Shown piece after piece: positions 28,848 through 38,276 of a DNA stretch of 41,348 nt (its first letter is position 1; every line of letters begins with the position of its first letter). The stretch comes from Deltaproteobacteria bacterium (GTDB taxonomy: Bacteria > Myxococcota_A > UBA796 > GCA-2862545), in NCBI GenBank assembly GCA_019307545.1, contig JAFDJI010000001.1, forward strand, positions 1 to 41,348, read 5' to 3'. The notes under the pieces were generated by a model that did no database searches, had not been told where the DNA came from, and saw only the letters and a list, made by a program, of their open reading frames with translations. A program made the position numbers and the translations under genes.

Positions 28848-29489
28848 ATGATGACCAGATCCCTGTTCGTGCTGTTCGTGACCGCGCCCCTGGTGGGCTG
28901 CCTTCCTTCCGGTGACTGTGGCGAGGCAGATTGCGCTGCCTTCTGCGCCCAGGCCGCCGCTGCCCCCGCCGCCGCGACGACGGAGCAGCCAGCCGCGGCC
29001 GCGCAACCAGCCGGTACCGCGAAGCTCTCTGTCTTCGAGGCGGATATCGTCGCGCCGATCCTTGAGGACGTTCGCGGTGGCGTGCGCGCCTTCGATGGGG
29101 AGGGCATTGGCATCTGTAGGGGCAAGCGCACCTGCGACGAGTACCTCGGCAACGACGTCGGTGAGCTTCCCCCGGGAGACTACGTGGTGAAGGCCGAGCT
29201 GCGCGTACCGAATACCGGCGAGGGGCATGCCTGGAGCATCGACTTCGCCACTGAATGCGAGACGGTGAGGACGACCGAGCGCGGCGAGTCCCGGTCCTCC
29301 AGCCAGAACAGCCGCAACTACGAGGTCCGCTACGCCGGCGAGCAGCGTGGCTACCGGCTGCTGCCGTTGCAGACCATTACCAGTCCGTCCAATGGTGGTG
29401 CCCGAAACTGCAAGTACACCATCACCGCGGCCCATCCCGACGGCGACAAGGTGTACACGGGCTCCTGGGCCACCCCCGACGCGGGGTGA
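28848..29489 (+). CDS. hypothetical lipoprotein (213 aa)
   Basis: GGAGGTG lies upstream of ATG-ATG. Lipobox PLVGC. Ala/Pro-rich linker followed by a Cys-containing beta domain. Confidence 0.7.
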   Translation: MMTRSLFVLFVTAPLVGCLPSGDCGEADCAAFCAQAAAAPAAATTEQPAAAAQPAGTAKLSVFEADIVAPILEDVRGGVRAFDGEGIGICRGKRTCDEYLGNDVGELPPGDYVVKAELRVPNTGEGHAWSIDFATECETVRTTERGESRSSSQNSRNYEVRYAGEQRGYRLLPLQTITSPSNGGARNCKYTITAAHPDGDKVYTGSWATPDAG

Positions 29490-30770
29490 TCACTCTGGCG
29501 GGCCGACGATGATGGTCCCCTGGTGCGGCTCGGTGAGGGCGTAGGACACGCCCCATACCGTGCCGGCTGCCACCGCGGCCCCAGCCAGGCCCACGACTCC
29601 CCAGGTGATCCACTTCGGGGTGCGGGGCCCGGTTTCGGTGCTCAGGAAGGGTGCCTCGCGCGGGACCACCAGCGTGCGCGCCAGCAACTGGTTGTTCCCC
29701 ACGTCCAGGGGAGCGGGGAGGGGTGCGCGGTTCGTCGGGTCGAAGGTCCCGTCCTGACGCACTCCGCTCAGCACTGTCGTGATGGCTGCCACGGCCTCGT
29801 CCGCGGCACTGCCTCTGTACGCCACCTCCACCGGGCGGCTGAAGCCATCGGTGCGTGGGCTGTAGAGTTGCAGCACCAGTTGGTCGCCCAGGGTCCCCGC
29901 CAACAGGATCAGGTCGATGGAGAGGTAATCGCCGAGGGTGCGGTACAGGCTGCTCACCTGGCGCGACCGCGCGAACCGGGAATCAGCCGAATAGCCGAGG
30001 CTGGGCTCGCCGAGGCGGAGCGATACCCGCTTGGTGTCGGCCTCGGGGACCTCCACCGTCTCGAAGGCGAAGAAGCCGTTGGGGCTTCGGGCATGGAGGA
30101 AGTTCTCTCCGGGCACCACATCATCGATGGTGATGGGAACGGCCCCCCGCTCGATCCCGTTGAGCCAGATCAGGGTGTCGGCCTCGTCTGCCTCGACGGT
30201 CAGGGTCGAGGCCAGCGCGGTGCGCTCTCGTCGCACCACCTCGTGCCGTTCCACGATGTGTGGGGGGAACTCCGCCGTGTTTGGTGTTCTGAACGGGTTG
30301 AGGGAGACCGCGTTCTGGAACGCCTCCCGTGCCTCCCGGCCCTCTCCCAGGAGCAGATGGGTGGCGCCGACGTACACCCAGGCCTCCCACAGGTCACGGG
30401 TGGAGGTCGAGGTCGCCATGGCCAGACGCAGGATGCGCGCGGCGTCCTGCAGGAGCGGTAGTGCCTGTTCGGGCTGAGCCTGGTTGTAGTACTGCTTGCC
30501 GTCGTCCAGCAACTCCCGGCCAGGGCCGAGGAAGGCGTCTTGCAGGATGAGACTCTCCCGACCCGCCAGCGCAGGCTCGAGGTCGGCGAGGGTGAGCGCC
30601 GTGAAGAAGTGGCTGTCCTCGATTGTGCGGACGAGGGCTTCCGATGCTCGGCGCTGCTCGTCCGGCGTGAGCTGTGACTGATGGATGCCCACCACGGCGA
30701 GGGTCGGCAGCCGCTCCGCGTGCGCGACGCCAGCGCTCGTCAGGATGCAGAGGAGGAAGAAACGGAGCAT
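29490..30770 (-). CDS. secreted TPR plus PEGA-like domain protein with a C-terminal TM anchor (426 aa)
   Basis: Signal peptide MLRFFLLCILTSAGVAHA. TPR-like region (EAWVYVGATHLLLGEGREAREAFQNAVSLNP). PEGA-like LTVEADEADTLIWLNGIERGAVPITIDDVVPGENFL. C-terminal TM WGVVGLAGAAVAAGTVWGV. Confidence 0.7.
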   Translation of the reverse strand: MLRFFLLCILTSAGVAHAERLPTLAVVGIHQSQLTPDEQRRASEALVRTIEDSHFFTALTLADLEPALAGRESLILQDAFLGPGRELLDDGKQYYNQAQPEQALPLLQDAARILRLAMATSTSTRDLWEAWVYVGATHLLLGEGREAREAFQNAVSLNPFRTPNTAEFPPHIVERHEVVRRERTALASTLTVEADEADTLIWLNGIERGAVPITIDDVVPGENFLHARSPNGFFAFETVEVPEADTKRVSLRLGEPSLGYSADSRFARSRQVSSLYRTLGDYLSIDLILLAGTLGDQLVLQLYSPRTDGFSRPVEVAYRGSAADEAVAAITTVLSGVRQDGTFDPTNRAPLPAPLDVGNNQLLARTLVVPREAPFLSTETGPRTPKWITWGVVGLAGAAVAAGTVWGVSYALTEPHQGTIIVGPPE

Positions 30771-30802
30771 GTTGACGGCTTGTATAGCACCGAGGAGCAC
30801 CG

Positions 30803-32194
30803 TTGGTCCGAATCGCCCTGTTCGTGCTGCTGGTGTGGTCACCGGTGTCGCTGGCCGCATCCGAGGTGGAGGCGCTGCTCTGGGCCGTCCACGAGCGATA
30901 CATCGACATCCTCCTCTCCCTTGGGATGCCGAGCCTCGCAGACGCGACCTACCGGGAGCGGCTGGCCCGCACCCCCGATGCGGATTCGCACTACCTCCTG
31001 GGGAGGGCGGTGCTCACCGCGGAGGAGGCGCGGGTGCTCTACCACGAGGCCTTGAAGCTGAATCCCGACCATGCCCGGTCCATGATGGGGATGGGCGCGG
31101 TGCACCGGGCATCGGGCCAATACGACGACGCCATCATCGCCTACCGCGACGCGCTCGGCATCGATCCGCGGCTCAGTGAGGCCTGGGCCGGTCTGGGGGC
31201 GGCGCTCTTGTCGCTGGGACGGGTGGAGGAGGCGCTCCAAGCGGCGCGCGAGGGGATGGCAAACGTGCCTGGGGAAGCCGATTCCTACCTGGCGGTTTCG
31301 GTGCTCGCCCCGTCCGAGGCCGAGGATGTGTTGCGGAAGGCAGTGAAGCACATCCCGGACGATCCTCGGGTTCATGCCGCCTTGGCCGAAGTGCTCTTGG
31401 AGGCTGGTAACGGGCGGGGAGCGCGCAAGGAGGCGACGGCTGCGCTCGACATCGATCCCGGTCGTGGCGATGCCAGGCTGTCCCTGATGTTCGCCGAATC
31501 GATGGCCCAGGGCTGGTTGGATGCCGAGGGGTACCGCGGCATGGTGGAGGCTCGCGGGCTGGAGGAGGTGGCACCCCTCCCCGCGCGGGAGAGATACGAT
31601 GCCCTGGTGGCGTCCTACCCGCGTTCCCCCCTGCCCTGGATGGGCAGGGCACGTTCGCGCGCGAGCCAGGGCGATGTCGCCGGCGCCATGGAGGACCTGG
31701 GGGCCGCATTGGAGCGGGACCCCGCGAACATCGAGGCCATGGCGGCGATGGGCCTGGTGCTGCTGGAGTTGGGGCGGGCCTCCGAAGCCCGGCCCCCCCT
31801 GAAGCGGTCCGCTACCGAACGTCCACACGATGCCTCCCTCGCGGTGGCAGCCGCCATGGCGGCCGAGGCATCCGGCGACCGGGTGACCGCCCTGCAGGAG
31901 TTGGAGAACGCCGGCACCCACTTCCCGTGGGACGCCCGCGTGGCGCTCACCCGGGCGAAGATCCTCGCGGACGCAGGTCGTTCCGAGGATGCCTACCTGG
32001 TGTTGAGGGATGCGGTGGAGCGCCTTCCCGGCGACGACCGGCTGGTGCTGTCGCTCGCCGCGGCGGCCAAGGACCTCGGCCGCAACGAGGAGGCGGCGAT
32101 CCTCATGGACGAGCTTGCCCGGCGCACCCGCAACGCGGCGTTTTCGGACCTGGCCCGGAAGCTCCGCGCCACCGCCCCTCCGACCCCGGAGTAG
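30803..32194 (+). CDS. secreted multi-TPR repeat protein (463 aa, TTG start)
   Basis: Signal peptide VRIALFVLLVWSPVSLAA. Many TPR-like units, for example YHEALKLNPDHARSMMGMGAVHRASGQYDDAIIAYRDALGIDP. GAGGAG lies 5 nt upstream. Confidence 0.75.
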   Translation: MVRIALFVLLVWSPVSLAASEVEALLWAVHERYIDILLSLGMPSLADATYRERLARTPDADSHYLLGRAVLTAEEARVLYHEALKLNPDHARSMMGMGAVHRASGQYDDAIIAYRDALGIDPRLSEAWAGLGAALLSLGRVEEALQAAREGMANVPGEADSYLAVSVLAPSEAEDVLRKAVKHIPDDPRVHAALAEVLLEAGNGRGARKEATAALDIDPGRGDARLSLMFAESMAQGWLDAEGYRGMVEARGLEEVAPLPARERYDALVASYPRSPLPWMGRARSRASQGDVAGAMEDLGAALERDPANIEAMAAMGLVLLELGRASEARPPLKRSATERPHDASLAVAAAMAAEASGDRVTALQELENAGTHFPWDARVALTRAKILADAGRSEDAYLVLRDAVERLPGDDRLVLSLAAAAKDLGRNEEAAILMDELARRTRNAAFSDLARKLRATAPPTPE

Positions 32195-32277
32195 GACCAC
32201 TCTGCCTTGTGCCCTCCATCGCTGCAAGGTAGGTGCATTGGGGTTTCGTGGCGATGAGCGCCGCAAGGAGCACGCCG

Positions 32278-33015
32278 ATGGCCGGCCACAGCAAATGGGC
32301 GAACATCAAGCGGCGCAAGGGCGCGCAGGACATCAAGCGGGGGAAGGTGTTCGGCAAGCTGATCCGGGAGATCACGGTCGCCGCGCGCATGGGCGACCCC
32401 GACCCCGAGATGAACCCTCGCTTGCGGTTGGCTGTCGACAAGGCGAAGGCCAACTCGATGCCCAAGGACAACATCGAGCGGGCCATCGCCAAGGCCAGTG
32501 GAGAGGGCGGCGGCGAGAGCTACGACCAGATCACCTACGAGGGGTATGGTCCCGGCGGGGTGGCCATCCTGGTGCAGTGCCTCACCGACAACCGGAACCG
32601 CACTGCGTCCGAGATCCGCCACGCCTTCTCCAAGGAAGGCGGGAACATGGGGCAGGCGGGCTCGGTCGCCTACCTGTTCCAGCGCAAAGGCCTGTTCAAC
32701 CTGCCCAAGGAGGACCTCGACGAGGAGACCGTGCTGATGGCCGCCCTGGAGGGCAGTGGGGAGGACGTGTCCGAAGAGGAGGACGAGTGGCAGGTCACCG
32801 CCGCTTTCGAGGACTACTTCTCCTGCATGAAGGCGCTCGAAGAGTTGGGCGTAGAGGTGGCATCAGATGTGACCCAGATCCCGGACAATGAGGTGGCGAT
32901 CTCGGGAGAAGACGCCCGCAAGCTCGTCAAGCTGTTGGATAGGCTCGAAGACCTGGACGATGTCCAGGAGACCTGGACCAACGCAGACATAAACGAGGCA
33001 GACCTCGAAGACTAG
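32278..33015 (+). CDS. YebC/PmpR family DNA-binding transcriptional regulator
   Basis: MAGHSKWANIKRRKGAQDIKRGKVF...NPRLRLAVDKAKANSMPKDNIERAI. AAGGAG lies 7 nt upstream. Confidence 0.95.
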   Translation: MAGHSKWANIKRRKGAQDIKRGKVFGKLIREITVAARMGDPDPEMNPRLRLAVDKAKANSMPKDNIERAIAKASGEGGGESYDQITYEGYGPGGVAILVQCLTDNRNRTASEIRHAFSKEGGNMGQAGSVAYLFQRKGLFNLPKEDLDEETVLMAALEGSGEDVSEEEDEWQVTAAFEDYFSCMKALEELGVEVASDVTQIPDNEVAISGEDARKLVKLLDRLEDLDDVQETWTNADINEADLED

Positions 33016-33033
33016 CGTTCAGCTCTCGCGGGT

Positions 33034-34746
33034 TCAGAGCGGTCGGGCGCGCACCGTGGCCTGCTCGCCGGGGTCCACGGTGATCTTCTCGCTGTGCGAG
33101 ATGCCCAGGTCGGGGTTCTCGACCCGGATGGTGTACGTCCCGGACGGCAACTCGTGCCCTGCGAGGGGGGCCGTCTTCTCGATCCGGACGCCGTCGACGT
33201 ATACCCATGCCCAGCCTCCCCCGATCAATGCGACTGCCAGGGTGCCGGTTTCAGCCGCTACCGGGGCGGGCGTGGGCGTGGGTGGTGCCACCGGGATCGG
33301 TCGCGAGGGAATGCGCTGCACGGGTGCCGGCTCGGGCTCGGGCTCGGGCTCGACGTACTGCATGGTCTTTCGGAGTGTGTGGCGCTGTCCGGCCTCGATG
33401 GTCACCGTCTCCAGCACCGTCTCGTACCCTTCCTTCTCCAGTCGGATCACATGGGGGCCCGGCGCCATGTCCTCCAAGGCGAGCGTCCCAGTCTCGCCAT
33501 AGTCGATGCCGTCGACTCGCACGTTGGTGGCGGGGAGGACCAGGATGTCCAGGGCACCGGCCGTGGGAGCGACCTCCTCCACAGGTGCGTCCCGCTTCGC
33601 CACCCAGAGGAGCCCGCCCACCGCGAGCCCGAGCACCGGGATGAGGAGCAGCGCCACGCCGCCCAGGATGAGGGGACCCCAGCTCTGCGCGAACTCGGAG
33701 GCGCGGGACAGGCTGGAGCTGGTCTGACCTTCCCACCCCTCGGCGTATTCCGGAGCCTGCTCGCGCAGCTTCGCGGCGACCTCGCTCCCGTGCTCGAGCC
33801 TTCGCCTCTCTTCGCCGATCTCGTCGGCGAAGAGGTCCTGCATGCTCCGGGCGAGGTCGGCACGGAGTTGGTCGGCGGTCTGCGGGAACAGGTAGTCCTG
33901 GAGGGCCTGACCCATCTCGCCGGCGCTCTGGTACCGGTCCTCCGGCAGCCGTGCGAGCGCCTTCATCACGATGCGGTCCAGCGCCTCGGGTACCCGGGCA
34001 TTCACGTATGAAGGCGGCGCTACCTCGCAGGTCTTGATGCGTTCGAGGGTGGTGAACTCGCTGCCGGTCTTGAACAGCCGACGGCCGGTCAGCATCTCGT
34101 GGAGGATGATGCCCAGTGAGAACAGGTCGGAGCGGGCGTCCATGCTGCGCCCGCTCGCCTGCTCCGGGCTCATGTACTCGTATTTCCCCTTGAGCACGCC
34201 GCCAACGGTGTCGAGGGAGCTGAACTGCGCCTTGGCGATGCCGAAGTCGGCGACCTTCACGTCGCCTTCGTAGGCCACCAGGAGGTTGGAGGGGGACACG
34301 TCCCGGTGGACGATCCCATAGGGGCGGCCTTGGAGGTCGGTCTTGCGATGGGCAAATTCCAGCCCCTTGCACGCCTCGGACGCCACGTAGATGGCGTACT
34401 CGATGGGAAGGAACCGCCGCTTTCGGGCGAGTTGGCGGAGGATGCTGCGGACGTCCTTGCCGTCCAGGCACTCCATCGCCATGAACCAGTCGTCGCCGAT
34501 CCTCCCGAAGTCGTACAGATGGACGATGTTCGCGTGCTGCAGCGCCACTGAGACCTTGGCTTCGTCGATGAACATGTCGACGAACTCCTGGTCCTCGCCC
34601 AGGTGCGGCAAGATGCGCTTGATGACCAGCAGGTTCTCGAAGCCGCCGTGGGAGTAGGTCTTGGCCTTGAAGACCTCGGCCATGCCCCCGGTGGAGATCT
34701 TGTCCACCAGGTAGTACTTGCCGAACGCTTGGGGCTGAAACGCCAC
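33034..34746 (-). CDS. Ser/Thr protein kinase with a TM segment and two extracytoplasmic PEGA-like domains (570 aa, GTG start)
   Basis: GGMAEVFKA, HRDVSPSNLLV, DFGIAK, YMSPEQ. TM ILGGVALLLIPVLGLAVGGLLWV. PEGA-like LDILVLPATNVRVDGIDYGETG... Confidence 0.92.
   Translation of the reverse strand: MAFQPQAFGKYYLVDKISTGGMAEVFKAKTYSHGGFENLLVIKRILPHLGEDQEFVDMFIDEAKVSVALQHANIVHLYDFGRIGDDWFMAMECLDGKDVRSILRQLARKRRFLPIEYAIYVASEACKGLEFAHRKTDLQGRPYGIVHRDVSPSNLLVAYEGDVKVADFGIAKAQFSSLDTVGGVLKGKYEYMSPEQASGRSMDARSDLFSLGIILHEMLTGRRLFKTGSEFTTLERIKTCEVAPPSYVNARVPEALDRIVMKALARLPEDRYQSAGEMGQALQDYLFPQTADQLRADLARSMQDLFADEIGEERRRLEHGSEVAAKLREQAPEYAEGWEGQTSSSLSRASEFAQSWGPLILGGVALLLIPVLGLAVGGLLWVAKRDAPVEEVAPTAGALDILVLPATNVRVDGIDYGETGTLALEDMAPGPHVIRLEKEGYETVLETVTIEAGQRHTLRKTMQYVEPEPEPEPAPVQRIPSRPIPVAPPTPTPAPVAAETGTLAVALIGGGWAWVYVDGVRIEKTAPLAGHELPSGTYTIRVENPDLGISHSEKITVDPGEQATVRARPL
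33329..33352 (-). repeat. (GGCTCG)x4 tandem hexanucleotide repeat encoding an (EP)n linker
   Basis: Direct reading. Translates to EPEPEPEP within the kinase ectodomain linker. Confidence 0.9.
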
Positions 34747-34799
34747 TTCCTATCTGCTTCCGTCTTGCCGGGGGTGGTGTGCTCAACGGGGGCGCAATG

Positions 34800-35114
34800 C
34801 TACCACGCAGAATCGAGAATGCCAGTATCCTCCTCGATCGGTCCTTGAACCCGCTGCGCCCAGTAGTCTTCCAGGTCCTCGCAGGTCCACTCCTCGCGGA
34901 TGGCGCGGAGATCTCCGAGGTCGCGGCATACGGCGCGGTCCTCGCGGGAGTCCTCCCCAGCCTGGGCTTGCCGACACGCCTTGACCTCCTCGGCGGTCAC
35001 CTCGTACCCACACTCCCTGGCATAGGAGGCCATACGCCCGCAGATCCGCTGACAGGCGTTCTGGCACCCACCGACCAGGACGAGGAGGCCCCCGAGGGCA
35101 AGCGCCCACCTCAT
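34800..35114 (-). CDS. small Cys-rich lipoprotein (104 aa)
   Basis: Lipobox LVGGC. The ATG at 35112-35114 overlaps the dapB TGA (ATGA). Eight Cys residues. Confidence 0.6.
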   Translation of the reverse strand: MRWALALGGLLVLVGGCQNACQRICGRMASYARECGYEVTAEEVKACRQAQAGEDSREDRAVCRDLGDLRAIREEWTCEDLEDYWAQRVQGPIEEDTGILDSAW

Positions 35115-35908
35115 TGCAGCAGCCCCAACACGTCCCGCATGTCGTAGCGTCCGGGAGGCTTGCCCCGAATCCACCGCACCGCACGGAGCGCACCCTCGGC
35201 GAAGGTGGTCCTGGAGGTGGCGGTGTGTCCGATCAGGACTCGGTCGCCTCGCCCGGCGAACCAAACCTGGTGCTCGCCCACCACGTCTCCCATGCGCACG
35301 GCGTGGACGCCGATGTCACCCGTCTCCCGCGGTCCGGTGCGCCCCGCTCGACCGAAGACGGCTCGGTTTTCCAGGTCGGTCCCGTGCGCTCGCGCCGCTG
35401 CACGAGCCAGGGCCAGCGCGGTGCCCGAGGGCGCATCAATCTTGTTGCGATGGTGCGTTTCCACGACCTCGACATCGTAGTCCGGCAGGGCCTCTGCGGT
35501 GCGCCGGACCAGGTCCAGCAGCAGGGTCACCCCCGTTGAGAAGTTGGGCGCGGACAGGACGGGCGCGACTTCGGAACGCGCCAGCAGTCGGTTGGTTTCC
35601 TCCTGCCCCAGCCCGGTGGTGCCGGTCACCAGCGCGCCGCTCCCCAGGTGGGGGAGCGCCTCCATCAGCCCCTCCGGTGTGGAGAAGTCCACCACGACCT
35701 CGGCGCGGGCGAAGCAGCCCTCTGCGACGGGTGCGAGAACGACCCCCGCGTCAGAGGTCCCGGCCACCCGCCCGGCGTCCTCGCCAGGGATATCGGTGGC
35801 CACCGCCGCCACCAGGTCGAGGTCGTGGGCTGCCATGGCTTCGGCCACCACCAAGCGGCCCACGCGACCGGTGGCCCCGAGCACGGCGAGGCGGATCGGA
35901 GCGCTCAA
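35111..35908 (-). CDS. dapB: 4-hydroxy-tetrahydrodipicolinate reductase (TTG start)
   Basis: IRLAVLGATGRVGR (NAD(P)-binding), EVVETHHRNKIDAPSGTAL, and HAVRMGDVVGEH. TTGA overlap with dapA. Confidence 0.92.
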   Translation of the reverse strand: MSAPIRLAVLGATGRVGRLVVAEAMAAHDLDLVAAVATDIPGEDAGRVAGTSDAGVVLAPVAEGCFARAEVVVDFSTPEGLMEALPHLGSGALVTGTTGLGQEETNRLLARSEVAPVLSAPNFSTGVTLLLDLVRRTAEALPDYDVEVVETHHRNKIDAPSGTALALARAAARAHGTDLENRAVFGRAGRTGPRETGDIGVHAVRMGDVVGEHQVWFAGRGDRVLIGHTATSRTTFAEGALRAVRWIRGKPPGRYDMRDVLGLLQ

Positions 35909-36777
35909 CCCGTCAGCCCCAAGGCCTCGAGGATGGGAGCGGGAGACGGACCTTCATAGGGTGCCAGGGGGAGGCGCACCGCGGTGGAGCACAGCCCCAG
36001 CTCGGCGAGGACGGCCTTGCACGGCGTTGGGTTGGTGTCGGAGAACAGGAAGGTGATCAGGTCCCACAGAGCGCGGAGCCCGACCGCCGCCTCCTCCACC
36101 CGGCCAGCCGTGTGGTGTGTGTAGACCGCCACCGTCTGCGCGGGAGCCACGTTCGACACCACGGAGATCACCCCACGGCCTCCCGCAGCGAGGAGCTGTA
36201 GGAACGTGAAGTCGTCACCGGACAGGACGGGCGTTTGGGTACGACGCAACAGATCGCCCCCAAAATGCAAATCACCGGTGGCCTCCTTCACCGCCACCAC
36301 GCCATCCACATCGGCCAACTCGGCGAGGAGCGATGGGGAGAGCCGCTGCCCCGTGCGGCCCGGCACGTGGTACAGCACCAGCGGCAGTCCCACCCCGGCG
36401 GCCTGTGCGACATGCGCTCGGAGTCCGGCCGGGTTGGGCTTGTTGTAGTAGGGGAACACCATCAGGCCGGCGTCTACCCCGAGGCCGGCCGCTTCTTCCA
36501 GGTTTGCCAGGGTGGTCCGGGTGCAGTTGGTGCCCACCCCCGCGGTGACGGGGATCTTCCCCCCGGCCAGGCTGACGGTGGTGCGGACGATCGCTCGCCA
36601 CTCGTCTCGTTCCAGGGTGGGCGTCTCGCCGGTGGTCCCACAGGCCACGAGCCCATGGATGCCTGCGGCGATTTGGCGCTCCGCGAGCCGGGTGTAGGCG
36701 TCGAGGTCTACGGTGCCGTCCGCGGCGAAAGGTGTGACCAGCGCGGTGTGGACTCCCTTCATCTTCAGCTCCGCCAT
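35905..36777 (-). CDS. dapA: 4-hydroxy-tetrahydrodipicolinate synthase
   Basis: ALVTPF...GLVACGTTGETPTL, YYNKP, and VVAVKEATGD (Schiff-base Lys). Confidence 0.95.
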   Translation of the reverse strand: MAELKMKGVHTALVTPFAADGTVDLDAYTRLAERQIAAGIHGLVACGTTGETPTLERDEWRAIVRTTVSLAGGKIPVTAGVGTNCTRTTLANLEEAAGLGVDAGLMVFPYYNKPNPAGLRAHVAQAAGVGLPLVLYHVPGRTGQRLSPSLLAELADVDGVVAVKEATGDLHFGGDLLRRTQTPVLSGDDFTFLQLLAAGGRGVISVVSNVAPAQTVAVYTHHTAGRVEEAAVGLRALWDLITFLFSDTNPTPCKAVLAELGLCSTAVRLPLAPYEGPSPAPILEALGLTG

Positions 36778-36780
36778 GGT

Positions 36781-38169
36781 TCAGAATCGGATCCGGGTGA
36801 CGACCTGGCCGCCGAACACGATGCCGCTGATGCCCAGGTTCTCGAAGTTCGTGTAGTAGCCTCCCGGGAAGAAGACCCCCACCGTCCCCTGCAACTCCAG
36901 GTGCTCGAGCCCCTCGAAGGACACCGAGGCATCGATCTCGCTCCCGTAGAACTTGCGATCGGAGTACTCGTCGGTCTGTGGGACGCGGGCGGTGCGTGCG
37001 ATCACACCCAGTGCTTCCACCCTCCAGTCGTCGCCGAAGTGGCGTGAGAGCTTCGGCATGAGGAGCAGGGCGTTGGAGACCGTGGGCCCGGTGACGGTGA
37101 ACGAGTAGTCGCGCCCCTCGTTCTGGGACGTGGGGATACTCGAGACGAGCGTGGGTAGCGGCTGTTCGAAGAGGATGATGCCGAGGTTGTAGTCGCGGTC
37201 GAAGGTGAACGTCTTCAACTTGTTGTCGTTCAGGTTCCCATCACCGGTGGCCATGCCGAGCGTCAGCCCCAGGTCCACCGCATCGGTGAGGAGCCGGCCC
37301 TCCACGATCCCGCCCCCGGCAGTGATCTGGACGTCATTCAGCCCGGTGTCGAGGTCCCCGGAACCAAAGTGGGCCACCGCCTCCAGGTGAAACTCGAGCC
37401 GACCGAGCTCGGCATCGATGGCGGCATCTGCGGTGAACAGGTTCAGGCCTTGTCCAGCGCCTTCTGGGTCGTCGGAATGGCGGAACTGGAGGTTGAGCCC
37501 CGCCACCACCTGCTCGGTGCGCCAGGCGGCCATGCCGTTGTAGGACATGGTGTTGTCCGTCTGGTTCACGAACGACTCGGCCGTCACGTCGACGGCGACC
37601 GAGGCATACACATCCCCGAAGAGACCTTCCCACTGGACGCGGTCTGCGGTGTCGCCGTACTCTCCGTTGAGCCCCAGCCCATCATTCTGCCACACGCCCG
37701 ACCCCCAATGGAGCGGCATGCGACCGAGCCGAAATCGGTGCTGGCCCAGGTGGACCTCGCCCCAGGCCCGCCACAGGGTGATGTCCTGCAGCACCGAGTC
37801 GTGGTCCTGCTCGGTTGGCACCGGCGCGGTGACGTTGTCGATGAAGGCGATGGGGACGTTGTCCGCGGCCGTCGGATCGAAGTACGACCGGGCCTCGCTG
37901 CCCCACACGAGGTTGTCGAGTCCGCGTAGCTCGGCGAAAACCCCCACCTCGTCGTTGATGAGGAACCGGGGCCTCAGCCAGAACCGGTGCTCCGCCCAAG
38001 CCGATGTGCCCTCGTACCCCGAGAGGTCGCGGTCGATGGACAGGCTGTGGTAGAGGCGGCCCCGCGCCCGATAGTAGCCTTCGAAGTCCACCTCGGCGGC
38101 TTGGGCACGCGGGATGGCGAGGAGCATCGAGGCCACGAGGAACAGGCGAACCGGAAGCTTGGTGTTCAA
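36781..38169 (-). CDS. putative outer-membrane beta-barrel (porin-like) protein (462 aa, TTG start)
   Basis: Signal peptide ending AQA-AE. Alternating beta-strand pattern. The C-terminal ...VVTRIRF ends in Phe, like an OMP beta-signal. Confidence 0.7.
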   Translation of the reverse strand: MNTKLPVRLFLVASMLLAIPRAQAAEVDFEGYYRARGRLYHSLSIDRDLSGYEGTSAWAEHRFWLRPRFLINDEVGVFAELRGLDNLVWGSEARSYFDPTAADNVPIAFIDNVTAPVPTEQDHDSVLQDITLWRAWGEVHLGQHRFRLGRMPLHWGSGVWQNDGLGLNGEYGDTADRVQWEGLFGDVYASVAVDVTAESFVNQTDNTMSYNGMAAWRTEQVVAGLNLQFRHSDDPEGAGQGLNLFTADAAIDAELGRLEFHLEAVAHFGSGDLDTGLNDVQITAGGGIVEGRLLTDAVDLGLTLGMATGDGNLNDNKLKTFTFDRDYNLGIILFEQPLPTLVSSIPTSQNEGRDYSFTVTGPTVSNALLLMPKLSRHFGDDWRVEALGVIARTARVPQTDEYSDRKFYGSEIDASVSFEGLEHLELQGTVGVFFPGGYYTNFENLGISGIVFGGQVVTRIRF

Positions 38170-38276
38170 CTCGGCGTCCCGCCAGGATAGGAAGTGGCGG
38201 ACCTAGCACGCTGGGAAGGGATCGCAAGGAGGGTGCGCCCGTACTGGACAGCGCGGCTGTGGTGTTGGATGCTGCT

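Noticed and set aside
30839-32266. 475-aa minus-strand ORF
   Set aside because: It is antisense to the TPR gene, whose repeats and signal peptide are convincing. The antisense translation is R/G/P/H junk.
33034-34746. Possible mis-set start of kinase 1, because AGGAA abuts the GTG with no spacer
   Set aside because: GTG 34744-34746 is the most upstream in-frame start, and the kinase glycine-loop begins about 20 residues later. No better start is available, so the call is kept.
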